Made by a program: the position numbers and the translations under genes. A DNA stretch of 63,410 nucleotides, filler included, from Octopus bimaculoides (taxonomy: Eukaryota): the NCBI RefSeq assembly GCF_001194135.2. It is 7 parts of 7 records of this genome, joined end to end, with 100 filler letters (N's around TTAATTAATTAA, not from the genome) between each part and the next. Parts side by side here need not be neighbours in the genome. Positions count along the whole stretch, not along the records: positions 24,039 to 39,070 come from NC_068985.1; positions 39,171 to 52,823 come from NC_068989.1; 5 more parts are not named here. The stretch is one strand, 5' to 3'. The notes under the pieces are model-generated. The model did no database searches. It saw only the letters and a list, made by a program, of their open reading frames with translations, and was not told where the DNA came from. Numbering within the stretch: position 1 is the stretch's first letter; the number at the start of each line of letters is the position of its first letter. Shown piece by piece: positions 27,670 through 41,160 of the stretch.

Positions 27670-28340
27670 CTAGCAAGCATACGTCTGGACCGAGGCTAAC
27701 TGGGCGGAACAGCGGAGTAGTGAAGCGTATTGTGTCTAAAATTCATCGCACTGCTGCAGCAATGCATCAACAGAATTAAACCAATGCTTTGCTAACATTG
27801 TGTCAAACAAAACTGTTCATCGTGAACTTCTTAAAACTAGTTACTATTGATCAGCAGCAATAGCAAAACCTCATCAGCTCCCCATCACTATTGATGAGCA
27901 GAAAAATACTGCCTAGATTATCACAAATGTTCAATGGCTCAATATAACAATATCCCCAATCAACCTTTTTCTCACTTCGGGGCTAGTTTACGGCGGCATC
28001 TCACAGAAGACTTCAAACAGGAAAGTATGACCCCTACAGGAAAGTATGGTCCCCTACAGTAAAGCATGGCCCCTACAGTAAAGCATGGAAGTAGGTGACA
28101 CAATGATGATTCGGGCTGCCTTATCAAGGAATTCCCTTACCGTTTTAAATTTTCTACATAGCACGGTATTTTAACTGATCATGTATATACTTTTGAGCAA
28201 ATAACTTTCGCCGATGGCAGTGTAATATTCCAGCATGATATAATGCCGATTCATACGGCTAATCTTATTTAAAATTGGTACGAAGAGCAGAAAAGTGAAG
28301 TGTGCCACCCTCATGTAACCCCACCATCACGGTATCTCAA
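27670..28340 (+). mobile_element. Second Tc1-like transposase relic (HTH and DDE fragments)
   Basis: SGPRLTGRN..KRIVSK..RT, VSNKTVHREL..AAIAKP (HTH2), PTVKHG (about 28072-28089) and FQHDN..IHTA (about 28229), all heavily frameshifted. Confidence 0.7.
28017..28088 (+). repeat. 19-20-bp tandem repeat x3.7 inside the Tc1 relic
   Basis: Units acaggaaagtatgacccct, acaggaaagtatggtcccct, acagtaaagcatggcccct and acagtaaagcatgg. Confidence 0.9.
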
Positions 28341-30469
28341 TATAATTTATCAATTCTAGTGTATTTTGTAGCAGCAAGTGCGGAGCCGATTTCTGACGCC
28401 ATCATCACGGAAGGACCTAAAGCTAGTTTTACCTGAACAATAACTCAAAATTCTTCTAAACACCGTTAAGCATGGTTCAATTCCTAAGTATATTAAGGTT
28501 GTAATTGATTCAAAATGTGAACCAACTCCGTATTGAATACTGATTTCAAATTTGGGCACAATGTCATCCATTTCGGAGGCGGGAGCAAGTCGACCCCAGT
28601 GATCAACTTTTATTTATTTTATCGATCCTGAAAGGATGAAAGGCAGAGTCGACCTCCACGGATTTTGAAGTCAGAACGTAAAGTCGGGCGAAATGCTGTT
28701 AAGCATTTTGTCCGGTGAATTCCCGATTCTGTTAGCTCACCGCCTTAATTCCGGATTAAATATTAAAAGTTACATTTAAAAAACGCGTTTCCAGCATTTT
28801 TTCCAACGCCTGTAGATGATAGAAATCAACGATAAAAAAATGATAATGATAAAACTCTGCAGGCCTAGAGACCTATATTTTGATGACAATGTACACATCA
28901 CATACTCCAATCTGTTTTCACAACTGAAAAATAATAAAATCTGCACGAAGGCGCAGAAGTGATTTCAATAACGCAGCTGATGAATTAGTCAAGTAAGCAG
29001 AGGGAAAGGCTTAGATTGATCATTGAAAAGCTTGAAACACAACTATATAAATAATTAGATCTAATACTAACATGAGATATCTACCACGCCATTGCCAAAC
29101 GTAAAACAATCAAAGGCAAGCAAGGCAAAATGAACTAGTTTTACACAACTCTGATGCATATCAGAAGTCTTTTAGTTTTAATTTATCTTTAGTCTCATGA
29201 ATATATTAATTAAATGTAACAACTCGTTATCATAAATCAAATCGTTAAATTGTAAAAATGTCACTAAATTAGAGAAGATGCTCAAAACTATCCCTGTGCC
29301 TGAAACTAAAATTAGGGTTTTAGAACAAGGTACATTCATGAATATTTAAAATTATAGGAAACTGATAAAATACGTCGCGAAAATATTGATGAACATTAGA
29401 CAAGAGGGAACCTGGTAGACACGTTATAATGTATGAGTGACTTCAATGGTTGAATTTGGAAGAGAACTGCAAGCATGGCTGAGTGGTAAGAAGTCTGCTG
29501 CCCAAACACATGGTTCCAGGTGCAGTCTCACTCATTAGCAGTACACTCGTTGGTGTGGTGTCGGGGTGTTTGCGCTTCTGAAACATAGAGGTTCGGCAAA
29601 ATAGACCGATAAAATAAGTGCAAAGCTTAAAAATATAGGCAATGGGGCTGATTCATTCTGCTAAAAGACTGCATGGCCTCAGTCGTATACTGAAGAAAAG
29701 TAAATGGTATAAGGAGATAAAATATATCCCCGTTTCACACAGAAATGAAGAGGATAGAAAAACAGGAAATATTACAAAGGAAAAAATGTAGTTAAACATA
29801 CTTGAAAGCAAGATGAGGACAATTGTAACATATTAAGGAAAACGGAGAAAACGAAATATTTTTTTGTTATAAAGAATATACAAAAAATATGTAATTGTAC
29901 TCGGGGAAAAACATGTATTTAAGGACATTTCATGGAGAGGTAGATTACATGAAGAACAATTCCATCCAATTGGAAGTCTGAAGTATATTACAAAAAAGAA
30001 TATAGAGAAAACCGTTGCAACTTTAGAGCTGTTACTGATCATCATAGCAGAACCTTTGTAAAAATCTGCTAATGGTACGTACTTAACCCACTACTTAGAC
30101 TTAAGAGCAACGTGTCAGCTGTAAGATGATCGTTGCTGTGTATATAGCCTGAGATGAGAAAGACTGAGAGTTCAAGAATGCTGAGACAGTTGCACACTCT
30201 GAATTTGTTATTAGGAACGCTTTTCATTAAAGATATGTATGTAAGTGTATGTGTATATACATCTGTGGAAATACTTATCCGGTACCGCTATAATCAAAAT
30301 TTATATTTACTGTTCTTACCCCAGTTCTTTTCAGCAATGTTTGGTTTACTAGATAACATATTCTTTTGATTTGCCAGTTATTAAAACATTGACTATTTTT
30401 TGTTTACATAACGTTCTCTAGTTTATTCCGCAATCCCTGTTAAATTGTCATATACTCTTTTGTGTTTTC

Positions 30470-30675
30470 ACACAGTTGTCGAGATCAAGAGCGAATCCTT
30501 CAGTCGCTCATGAAAAATGACTTCCAGACCGGATTCCAAACGTAGCAGGAACGCTGGAACTGGTGTATTTCTGCGCAAGGTGACTAAATCGAAGGGTATG
30601 ATGTTAAAATATCGGTAAATAAGTTATCTTTTATGAAACATAACTACATTGAGAAACATTTAATGCTACCCCGTG
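30470..30675 (+). mobile_element. Mariner transposase C-terminal relic
   Basis: DFQTGFQT*QERWNWCISAQGD*IEG (about 30518-30600) resembles the mariner C-terminal FxxWxxRWxxCIxxxGxYFEG motif. Confidence 0.6.
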
Positions 30676-30677
30676 TG

Positions 30678-30733
<56 letters not shown>

Positions 30734-31765
30734 TGTGTGTGTGCATATATACATACGTATATGTACATACTTACATATATATGTATATACATTCGCATAT
30801 ATGGGCACAGGACGTCACAAAACGTAGACAACATGAAATACGAAAACATGGAATATGGACTGTTTTTGCGAACAACGAAAGAAACAAATGGAAATGAAGA
30901 CAAGCAACATGAAGTAGATGCAAGTGCTAATATATGATTTATAAAAACATGTGACGTATTAATAAAAATCTGTAGATCTACAACCATCCAGATCTCTGAG
31001 TACCTTATTATTTCTTATATATATATATATATATATNNNNNNNNNNNNNNNNNNNNNNNNNNNNNNNNNNNNNNNNNNNNNNNNNNNNNNNNNNNNNNNN
31101 NNNNNNNNNNNNNNNNNNNNNNNNNNNNNNNNNNNNNNNNNNNNNNNNNNNNNNNNNNNNNNNNNTATATGCATATATACAGACATATAAGTGCATAACT
31201 ATATATATATGTGTATTTACGTCTCCGTAACGCAGCGGTTCGGCAAAGAGGCCGATAAAATAAGTACCAAGCTTAACAAAAGGTAATCGAATGCTGAAGT
31301 CGATTCATAGAACTAATATATTGCTCAAGGCGGTTCCCCAGCATGACCACATTTTAATGACTAAAGCAACAAAATGATATAAATATATTGACTCTAAGAC
31401 GCTGTGCTGGCAGAATCGTTAAGCACGCCAGACAAAAATGCTTAGAAGCATTTCGTACGTCTTCACTTTTTAAATTCAAATGCCACCGAAGTCAACTTTG
31501 TCTTTCATTCATTGTGGATCGATAAAATGGGCACCAGTTGTGCACTGTGTCAATGTAGTCGAGTTATTCCCTCTGCCGAACTTGGTAGCCATGTGCCAAA
31601 TTTTGAACCCAATATTAAATATCTGATGTACTTTAGACAATATGTATTTTATACACTATGTATCTAATACAATATGTATCTAATATAATACATATATAAT
31701 AACAATATCTCTTTTGAGATCATTTCGTATTTGAATTTGGTTTGCAAGATTCTTTATGTGCGTTA

Positions 31766-31870
31766 TTATTTAACACACTCACCGGTTAAGTTTCCACTCA
31801 TTTACTTACTTATTTCTCCGAAATATATAAGTAAATGAGCGGAAGCTTTACCGGTGAGTGTGTTAAATAA
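31766..31870. repeat. Short palindromic MITE-like hairpin
   Basis: 43-bp arms at 31766-31808 and 31828-31870 (TTATTTAACACACTCACCGGT...CTCATTTACTTA) with about 3 mismatches. Weaker pairing extends to about 31748-31891. Confidence 0.8.
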
Positions 31871-33251
31871 AAAAGGCACTAAAAAAGAATGATTCTTTTA
31901 AGATTGTAACGGAAGTTTTTAGAGGAGGAAAAGTATAAAATTCTTGTTCCATAATTGTCTTTTCTAAGTCTTTAACTCTGTCAAATCAAAGTGGTTTATA
32001 ACTTTGTTGGATAGTGTATTTATACCTATTATTCCAACACTTCTTTATTAATTTCAATTTTAATACTGTCTATCATTTCTGTGATCGTTCTTCAGTATTT
32101 ATATACGTGATTATTTTCTAACTTTCTGATTTAAATATCGGGAGACAGAAACACATTTGAAAGTTTTCCATCTACGTGAGAATATGATATTTACCTGACT
32201 CATATATTACTAATGGTTGTTAAATTCAAGTAATTTGTTACTGAGGCCAAAGCCGAGTTGAAGAATACAGGAGGTGAACTATCACCTTGATACGATTCTC
32301 TGTATATGAACATAGGACTGATTTTAAATACCCTTTCTTTGCTCTGCGGAAATATAAATGTTTTACGTTTTGCACGTCGAGTCTCACATGTAAGTTATCA
32401 TGAAAGACGAACTGAGGCGAGAAAGAAAATATTAGCGAAAATCAGAAACGAAATGTTTAATAATAACTTCACAGAATCCGTACATAGCTACGAAAACATA
32501 TCAATTCATGTAACAAAGTTTGAAGCGCAGACTACACAGTTATGAAAGCATCAACTAAAAATCCACCACGTTATATCTTGGTATTTTTATGGGTACATTT
32601 AGAATAAAGAGGAACGATCAAGTTACTGTACTATTAAGAAGGGGTTAAAGTATTAACTATGGACTTTATGTATTTAAAACTTGGCTGTGATAAGCTGGAT
32701 CATGCTGTACCAAACTGTTGAAGATATTGAGATGATAAGAGCAGTTTTAATTTTTAAATAAGAACAATGTTATCTTTACTAACAAAAATACATATGTCCT
32801 GAGAAAACATCACATAGGAGTTGTCGATGAACTATCAAAACATTAAGTTCCTAATTGTTGTATCGCACGTTCGATATACGAAAAAATGCGATAATAAATA
32901 ACGTACTTGCAAATTGTTCTCCTCAAGATACACAATATTTGTAATTACATTCGACAATACGCAACTCTTGGCTTTGCACAGCACATCGACTCTCTGCAAC
33001 ACTCTCTGCGCATGTTCATTTATATTATGGCACAGTCTATTAGGAGCCAAGCAAATAGGGGAGTTCTACTTCTACAGAACACTAATATTCAAATTTGTCG
33101 TTAAATGACTCGTTAAATAAGTTCCTTTTTATGTTTGACTTAAATTTGACAGTCAAATATAGCCTTATATAGAAATGTTGACATAGGAATAAATTTCAAT
33201 AATAATGGATATTAGTGTCAACACTCTCTTTTAAATTTTAATTTAAAACTT

Positions 33252-33283
<32 letters not shown>

Positions 33284-34113
33284 NNNNNNNNNNNNNNNNN
33301 NNNNNNNNNNNNNNNNNNNNNNNNNNNNNNNNNNNNNNNNNNNNNNNNNNNNNNNNNNNNNNNNNNNNNNNNNNNNNNNNNNNNNNNNNNNNNNNNNNNN
33401 NNNNNNNNNNNNNNNNNNNNNNNNNNNNNNNNNNNNNNNNNNNNNNNNNNNNNNNNNNNNNNNNNNNNNNNNNNNNNNNNNNNNNNNNNNNNNNNNNNNN
33501 NNNNNNNNNNNNNNNNNNNNNNNNNNNNNNNNNNNNNNNNNNNNNNNNNNNNNNNNNNNNNNNNNNNNNNNNNNNNNNNNNNNNNNNNNNNNNNNNNNNN
33601 NNNNNNNNNNNNNNNNNNNNNNNNNNNNNNNNNNNNNNNNNNNNNNNNNNNNNNNNNNNNNNNNNNNNNNNNNNNNNNNNNNNNNNNNNNNNNNNNNNNN
33701 NNNNNNNNNNNNNNNNNNNNNNNNNNNNNNNNNNNNNNNNNNNNNNNNNNNNNNNNNNNNNNNNNNNNNNNNNNNNNNNNNNNNNNNNNNNNNNNNNNNN
33801 NNNNNNNNNNNNNNNNNNNNNNNNNNNNNNNNNNNNNNNNNNNNNNNNNNNNNNNNNNNNNNNNNNNNNNNNNNNNNNNNNNNNNNNNNNNNNNNNNNNN
33901 NNNNNNNNNNNNNNNNNNNNNNNNNNNNNNNNNNNNNNNNNNNNNNNNNNNNNNNNNNNNNNNNNNNNNNNNNNNNNNNNNNNNNNNNNNNNNNNNNNNN
34001 NNNNNNNNNNNNNNNNNNNNNNNNNNNNNNNNNNNNNNNNNNNNNNNNNNNNNNNNNNNNNNNNNNNNNNNNNNNNNNNNNNATATATATATATATATGT
34101 ATATAAATACATT

Positions 34114-34155
<42 letters not shown>

Positions 34156-34260
34156 TGTACATAATACAAACACACACACACACATATATACAGATAGAAA
34201 GAGAGAGAGAGAGCGGGGAGAGAAAGAGAGAGAGAGGGGGGGAGAGAAAGAGAGAGAGAG

Positions 34261-34316
<56 letters not shown>

Positions 34317-35035
34317 GTATTTACATACATGTATATACGTGTGTGTGTATATATACGTATATTTCAGAGAATGTGCCTATGCGTTATATTATGTATATAG
34401 GTATAAACGAAAAAAAAAAGAGAGATTAGATTATCCAAATTTTAATAAAATCATAGCAACACAGACCTCAGTAATAATGGCTTTCTATGGGTATTCAGAG
34501 GTGATTAGCTTTATTTTCATGAGCAGATAAATATAATACGCTGGAGGGTCAATTAATATCTTGCTTTCTCTATATTATTAAATGCGAAATATAAAGTAAC
34601 ACAATAAATACATGGATAATTTTCAGAAAAACTTTCCTAAAAAATGCTTTTTTTTTTCGTAAAAAATAAAAAAATCTGTAGGCGTGGTAATCCTAATGAT
34701 AACGTTCTAATTTCATTTTATTTTTATTTTTCATTTGGAACAATTAAATAGAACAGAACTATATTATATATATATATATATATATATGTACGTACATACA
34801 TATACATATATATTATATATATGTATATATCTATATATACACACATATATATATACTTATATATCTATATACATATATATATATATGTGTGTGTGTGTAT
34901 GTGTGCGTGTATGTGTGTGTGTGTGTATACGTATAATATATATATATATATGTATATATATACATACACAGACACACAGATATATATATGTATATATCCA
35001 TGTATATATATACATGTATATATATATATATTTAT

Positions 35036-35082
<47 letters not shown>

Positions 35083-36187
35083 NNNNNNNNNNNNNNNNNN
35101 NNNNNNNNNNNNNNNNNNNNNNNNNNNNNNNNNNNNNNNNNNNNNNNNNNNNNNNNNNNNNNNNNNNNNNNNNNNNNNNNNNNNNNNNNNNNNNNNNNNN
35201 NNNNNNNNNNNNNNNNNNNNNNNNNNNNNNNNNNNNNNNNNNNNNNNNNNNNNNNNNNNNNNNNNNNNNNNNNNNNNNNNNNNNNNNNNNNNNNNNNNNN
35301 NNNNNNNNNNNNNNNNNNNNNNNNNNNNNNNNNNNNNNNNNNNNNNNNNNNNNNNNNNNNNNNNNNNNNNNNNNNNNNNNNNNNNNNNNNNNNNNNNNNN
35401 NNNNNNNNNNNNNNNNNNNNNNNNNNNNNNNNNNNNNNNNNNNNNNNNNNNNNNNNNNNNNNNNNNNNNNNNNNNNNNNNNNNNNNNNNNNNNNNNNNNN
35501 NNNNNNNNNNNNNNNNNNNNNNNNNNNNNNNNNNNNNNNNNNNNNNNNNNNNNNNNNNNNNNNNNNNNNNNNNNNNNNNNNNNNNNNNNNNNNNNNNNNN
35601 NNNNNNNNNNNNNNNNNNNNNNNNNNNNNNNNNNNNNNNNNNNNNNNNNNNNNNNNNNNNNNNNNNNNNNNNNNNNNNNNNNNNNNNNNNNNNNNNNNNN
35701 NNNNNNNNNNNNNNNNNNNNNNNNNNNNNNNNNNNNNNNNNNNNNNNNNNNNNATATATATATATATATATATAGTGGATTTATACTTGAAACAAATATA
35801 TTTAATTTAATTAAGCCTAATTTGAATGTTATTCTGTAGCTGCTTGTTTGTTTGGATTTTCTCTAATATTATTTTGTTTAGCAGTGCCAAAGTGCTACAT
35901 TTGTATGCTATTTGAAATTTTGTTGTTTTTGTTTTTTTAGCAAAATGTTAGGGAGAGTGAACTGCAATGTTCTTTCTGTGTCTGAAATAGGTTCCCTCTA
36001 AAAGGCCAATTAGAAATATTCAGTATGTTACCCAAATAAAATTAGCAAGAATTTATACTTCCTTTTAGGAAAAATGAATATTTGAATAAATATGGGTATT
36101 TTTTTGCTGTGGTTGTTCATTAAATAAAAGAATGATATTAAACCTTATGATACACATGCATACGCACACACTAACACACGCACGCAC

Positions 36188-36252
<65 letters not shown>

Positions 36253-38499
36253 TATGTTTTATTGAGTATGTTAATGTCATGTAAATGTGAAGTTTATCAC
36301 GAACATATCCCACGCCCAGCGCCACATCACAGTAACTGAAACACAAGCAGACAGACAGATAGTTGGACAGACAGGTAACAGGCAGGGAGGCACATTGAAA
36401 TAGACGCTTATGCGTGACAAACGACTATAGAAAGTTGGTAAAGGAATAAGTCCAAAGTTAAACTTTGACAACAATATGACATTATCGAGTGTAAATTAGG
36501 ATTTTTATGTACTCGACAGAGCCACATACAGTTTAAAACGTCCAGAAAATAAATAATTAATTTTTCTAAACCCTTCAAACGATCGTTTCTGTATTTATTA
36601 ATCGTTATTAAACATTTAATAATCATTACTACATATGAATTGTAATATCAACCACATTTTGAGAAGATATATTTAAATACAATTTATGAAATCAGTTTTA
36701 TCCTGATACCCACCTGAATCTTAGAGGAGCAAAGAAAAGTTGGGGAGGAAAAATAAAGTAGAGAAAAGATCAAAATACCAGAAGTAATAAAATAAAATCT
36801 CAAATAATTGAAAATATGTAACAATATCGCCGAAAAAATATAACACAAGTATTCGTTTTGAGACTGTGAAGGCGAGGCAATATGAGCCTGAAGATAAAAG
36901 AATGTTTGGAAACAGCTTTTTACTCCTGAATGACCTACTTCTCGCCAACCACCATATTTTCCAAGTTAGATCATTAATCTCCCAGTGTAACGGAATTAAC
37001 ATTACTACATGTAGAACTGAAAACAGATGATGGGGAATGAATGGCGATTTTTGGTCTCAAATATCGAGTGACAGTTCAAAGCATGGGAACAAACTCGGTG
37101 GTGCCGCTGCAGTGAACTTAGAAATAATTGTTTATAACCTGAGAAAAATAAATACAGTTATAGGCAAATGCGAAAACACTGACTCAAACATAACCGTGCA
37201 ATCCGCCCATATATAGGCCTACGAATAAGATGGTTCATTTAAGTTTCTGTCTACTCATTTAGAACATACAGAATACTCAGTGCGAGTGACATAAATACAC
37301 ATGATGTTGAAATGAACCTCGTGCTCAATGGACGTGGTACAAGCTGTTGAAATATCTTTAATCCGGAGGCAGCTGGATCGTGGCTGAATTAGGGCAAATT
37401 CCTACAAGGCCAGTTATATATGTAATAAAATGTTTCAACGGTGGAACAGTTAAACATTTTTAGATGAGTAGAGAAAAGCTTCATACTAAATGACGAGAGG
37501 AAAATACTTGAATAAATAATACAGGCAGCCTTGTAGATGATTCGTGCTTTTCGTTTTGAAAACATCCGTAAATCACAATGTCCGCATGTTTTACAAGTAT
37601 TATGAATAAAACTCCCGCTAAAAAGAAAAAAAATTATATTCATTGGTAAATTAAAAACTAAAGTAAGTTTATTTGTATATAATATAGTAAAATAATTACT
37701 CCTCAAATTATGATGTTTTATAGAATTTTGATATGAAACCATGTTATGAAAGAACAATGTTAGTGACCTCTACAATTATGATAAAGCAACCATAACAAGC
37801 AGACAAAGTTTCAACACCATGTGAATCTTGTAAGAAAGATACCTGAAATTCCAAAACTGATATTGTAAAATAACTTAACTTAGATACCTTAGACATGTTT
37901 CGGCAAAAGATTGGCCAAGGACACCTGATAGGATTTGTTAAGTCCTTTTAAAGACAGATTTTGAAGTATCATAACCCATTCAAGTCGAGACGTGCCATTG
38001 ACCGGGGTATAAGTGACTTGTCTGGTATTCATTGAAGAAAATTATCCAGATTTCGTTTGAAGGTGATGGGATGTTTTTCTTCGATTTATTTTGAGATAAT
38101 GTTAAATAGAGAAGGACCTGTCAAAGAAAGGATATTGTATTGTAAATGTTTTAGGTGCGGTATGGCGGTGAGCTGGCAGAAACGTTCACCGGGCGAAATG
38201 CTTAGCGGTATTTCGCCTGCCCTTACGTTCTGAGTTCAAATTCAGTCGAGGTCGACTTTACCTTTCATCCTTTCGGGGATGATAAATTAAGTACTAGTTG
38301 CATACTGGGGTCGATCTGATCGACCAGACCCCTCTTTAAAAAATTCGGGCCTTGTACCTAGAGTAGAAAACAATATTTTAGGTGTTGTGAGCCTAAATTG
38401 TGAAGCATCTGTATGCCTGGTTGTGCCAGCCTTAATGAATTCTGAATATGATGTTAGGGTTATTTGCGAAATGCTGGTGTTATATTTCTTTGTTTGGAT

Positions 38500-38830
38500 G
38501 ATACTGGTCAGTTTTATGCAAGTTCAAAGACCCACAGCTCTTCAATGTCCAGCCACAATAATTAAAAAAATCTTCATAATGTAGAAGTAGATGCCTTCAA
38601 AAAGGATCTAGACATCCTCCTCTCCACATTACCGGAGGAACCAACAGCCCGATGTGACATACAAAACGAGGGCAGCAGAATCATTTCCCTTATACACCAA
38701 ATGGGCAAAGAGCGGGGACCGTGGCACATAAAGGAGTGGTAATGTGAAACGCCTGAGATTGAGGAAATCATAAAGAACGTGGTGGTGCTCCAGCATGACT
38801 GCAACTGCATGGCTGAAACGAGTAAAAGAG
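38500..38830 (+). mobile_element. 3' end of a CR1/L2-like LINE ORF2
   Basis: Frameshifted peptides NVEVDAFKKDLDILLSTLPEEPT and TRAAES resemble the FKxxLDxxL terminus of CR1/L2-type ORF2. Confidence 0.6.
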
Positions 38831-39029
38831 TAAAATCGTAAACATCTATACAATAATCTTTCTCAGGATGAATACTTCATTATTACGGCTTTCTAGTAAA
38901 TACTTTACATAGGATATAAAGATTACTATTTGATAATAATACTGCTTTCATATATGTAAATATATATTCAGACACACATGTATATTCATATATCTACTTC
39001 TCTATTCATCACGTCTCTCTCTCTGTCTC

Positions 39030-39070
<41 letters not shown>

Positions 39071-39239
39071 NNNNNNNNNNNNNNNNNNNNNNNNNNNNNN
39101 NNNNNNNNNNNNNNTTAATTAATTAANNNNNNNNNNNNNNNNNNNNNNNNNNNNNNNNNNNNNNNNNNNNGGAGGGCGGGTTACCGCCAGCGAGTAGATA
39201 GGGCTCTTAATTGTAGATTTTAAATATTTGAGAGACAAC

Positions 39240-41160
39240 AATGCATGCTATCTTCTCATCTCCGCAAGGTAGATGCACATTTGCAAGAGGCATGTTCAAA
39301 ACTTTGCGATGAATATGCAGAGTTGTTCAAGCCAGGGTTGGGCTGTCTTCAAGGTTTTGAGCTGGATGTGCAATTCAAATCCGATGCTAAGCCTGATTTC
39401 TGCAAACCAAAGTCTGTTCCTTTCACTCTCCAAGTTGATTTAACTCAAGCTATTAATGCTGGCATAAAGAAAGGAATTTGGACTCCAGTTCAATTCAATG
39501 AATGGGGTACTCCAGTTGTTCCAGTCCAAAAGAAACAGACGTCACCAACTGCAGGGATCCCCTTATGAATTTGTGGTGATTATTTTGTGACAGTAAATCC
39601 TCAGCTGGAAGTTCATCGACATCCACTTCCATCACCAGAAGATCCGATGCGAAAATTAGGAGGAGGTCATGGGTTCGCAAAAATTGATCTTGTGGATACT
39701 TACAACCAAATCAAGCTCTCTCCAGAGAGTTGAAGACGTCTGGCTTTAAGCACTCACCAAGGAGTTTTACTTGAAAATGTGTTGCCATTCGGAATTTCTT
39801 CAGCCCCCAGGTATTTTCAAAAGATAATGGATGACATCACAAACGATCTACCAGTTGTTGGTGTCTACTTAGATGACATATTGGTCAGTGGTCCGGATGC
39901 AGAGTCTCACTTACAGAACCTGAAACGTTTACTTCAGCATTTACAGGAAAAAGGTCTTTGATGTTGCAGAGAGAAGTGTCAATTTGCCCAACCCAAAGTG
40001 GAATGTTTGGAACACATACTGTCCAAACAAGGCATTTCGAAAGGTCCCAAAATAGATGCTGTCATCAATAAGCCGGCACCCAAGGAGGTATCTGCATTGT
40101 GGTCATTTTTGGGATCAGTGCAACTCTATTCAAAGTTTTTACCTCCTGGTTTTTCTACAATTGCTTCACCTTTCTACGGGCTCTTGTGCGATGAAGTTGA
40201 GTGGAATTGGGGTGAACCGGTACAAGCTGCTTTCCTGAAGTTGAAGGATCTCCTTACATCCAATTCAGTTCTGGCTCATTTTGATCCTGCTGTGCCGTTA
40301 GGAATAGCATGTGACACGTCCAGTATTGGTATTGGAGCAACCTTGTTCCATTGTTATTTAAATGGAGATGAAAAACCAATTGCTGACGTCTCCAAGCTCC
40401 TTTCTGCATCTCAACACAATTACTGCCAGATACAAAAGGAGGCCCTGGCAATAGTTTTTGCTTGAAAGAAGTTTTATTAGTACGTTTTTGGCAGATCATT
40501 CATTCTGGTAACGGATCATAAACCACTCCTGTCAATTTTTGGTCCTAACAAGCCGGTGCCAGGTTTGGCTCGCTGGGCACTTTTTCTCAACCAGTTTTCC
40601 TATGTCATAGAATATCGAAAAAGCAACCTTCATCAGAATGCAGATGCTCTTAGCCACCTTCCTGTTGGAGAAGACTCCATCTCTGATGGAGAGGAAGACA
40701 TGGATGATACCGACATTGTGTGTGCAATTGAAGCGATTAGTTTACAAGTCCAGCCTACAGATTCAACTTTAGTCAGAAAGGAGTCCTCTAAAGATCCAGT
40801 TTTGGCACAAGTGATGCGTTTTACACGAGAAGGTTAGCCTTCACATCTTGACTCTAATGATCCAGTAGAGCAATTCCAATCTTAGCACATGTCACAGCTG
40901 TTTACTGTACGGTACGAGACTAGTCGTTCCTACCAGTCTACAAGAACAAATCTTCCATCTGCTATACACAAGTCATCTTGGTATGCAACGGATGAATCAA
41001 TTAGCACAGATGGCAGTATACTGGCCAAACATTGATGCAGGAATCATGGATCTTTGCCGCCGCTGCACTTCTTGCTGTGAACACAGAAAGGCACCACCAA
41101 AACCAGCAATTCATCCAGGGATAATGCCCGAAAAGCTTTGGTCTCGTTTGCATGTAGCCT
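39240..41160 (+). mobile_element. Degraded Ty3/Gypsy LTR retrotransposon pol (RT, RNase H, integrase zinc finger)
   Basis: Broken frames give W(G)TPVVPV, LPFGISSAPRYFQKIMD, YLDDILV (RT), CDTSSIGIGATLFH, QIQKEALAIVF and TDHKPLL (RNase H), and HxxHLGM...YWPNID...CTSC (integrase H2C2). Several in-frame stops (e.g. 39566, 39959, 40463, 40835). Left end abuts a gap; right end is cut by a SINE. No LTR seen. Confidence 0.93.

Noticed and set aside
28017-28088. CRISPR-like array
   Set aside because: The units are contiguous with no unique spacers, there are no cas genes, and the context is eukaryotic.
39240-41160. Active or domesticated Gypsy pol gene
   Set aside because: Multiple in-frame stops and frameshifts across RT, RNase H and integrase.
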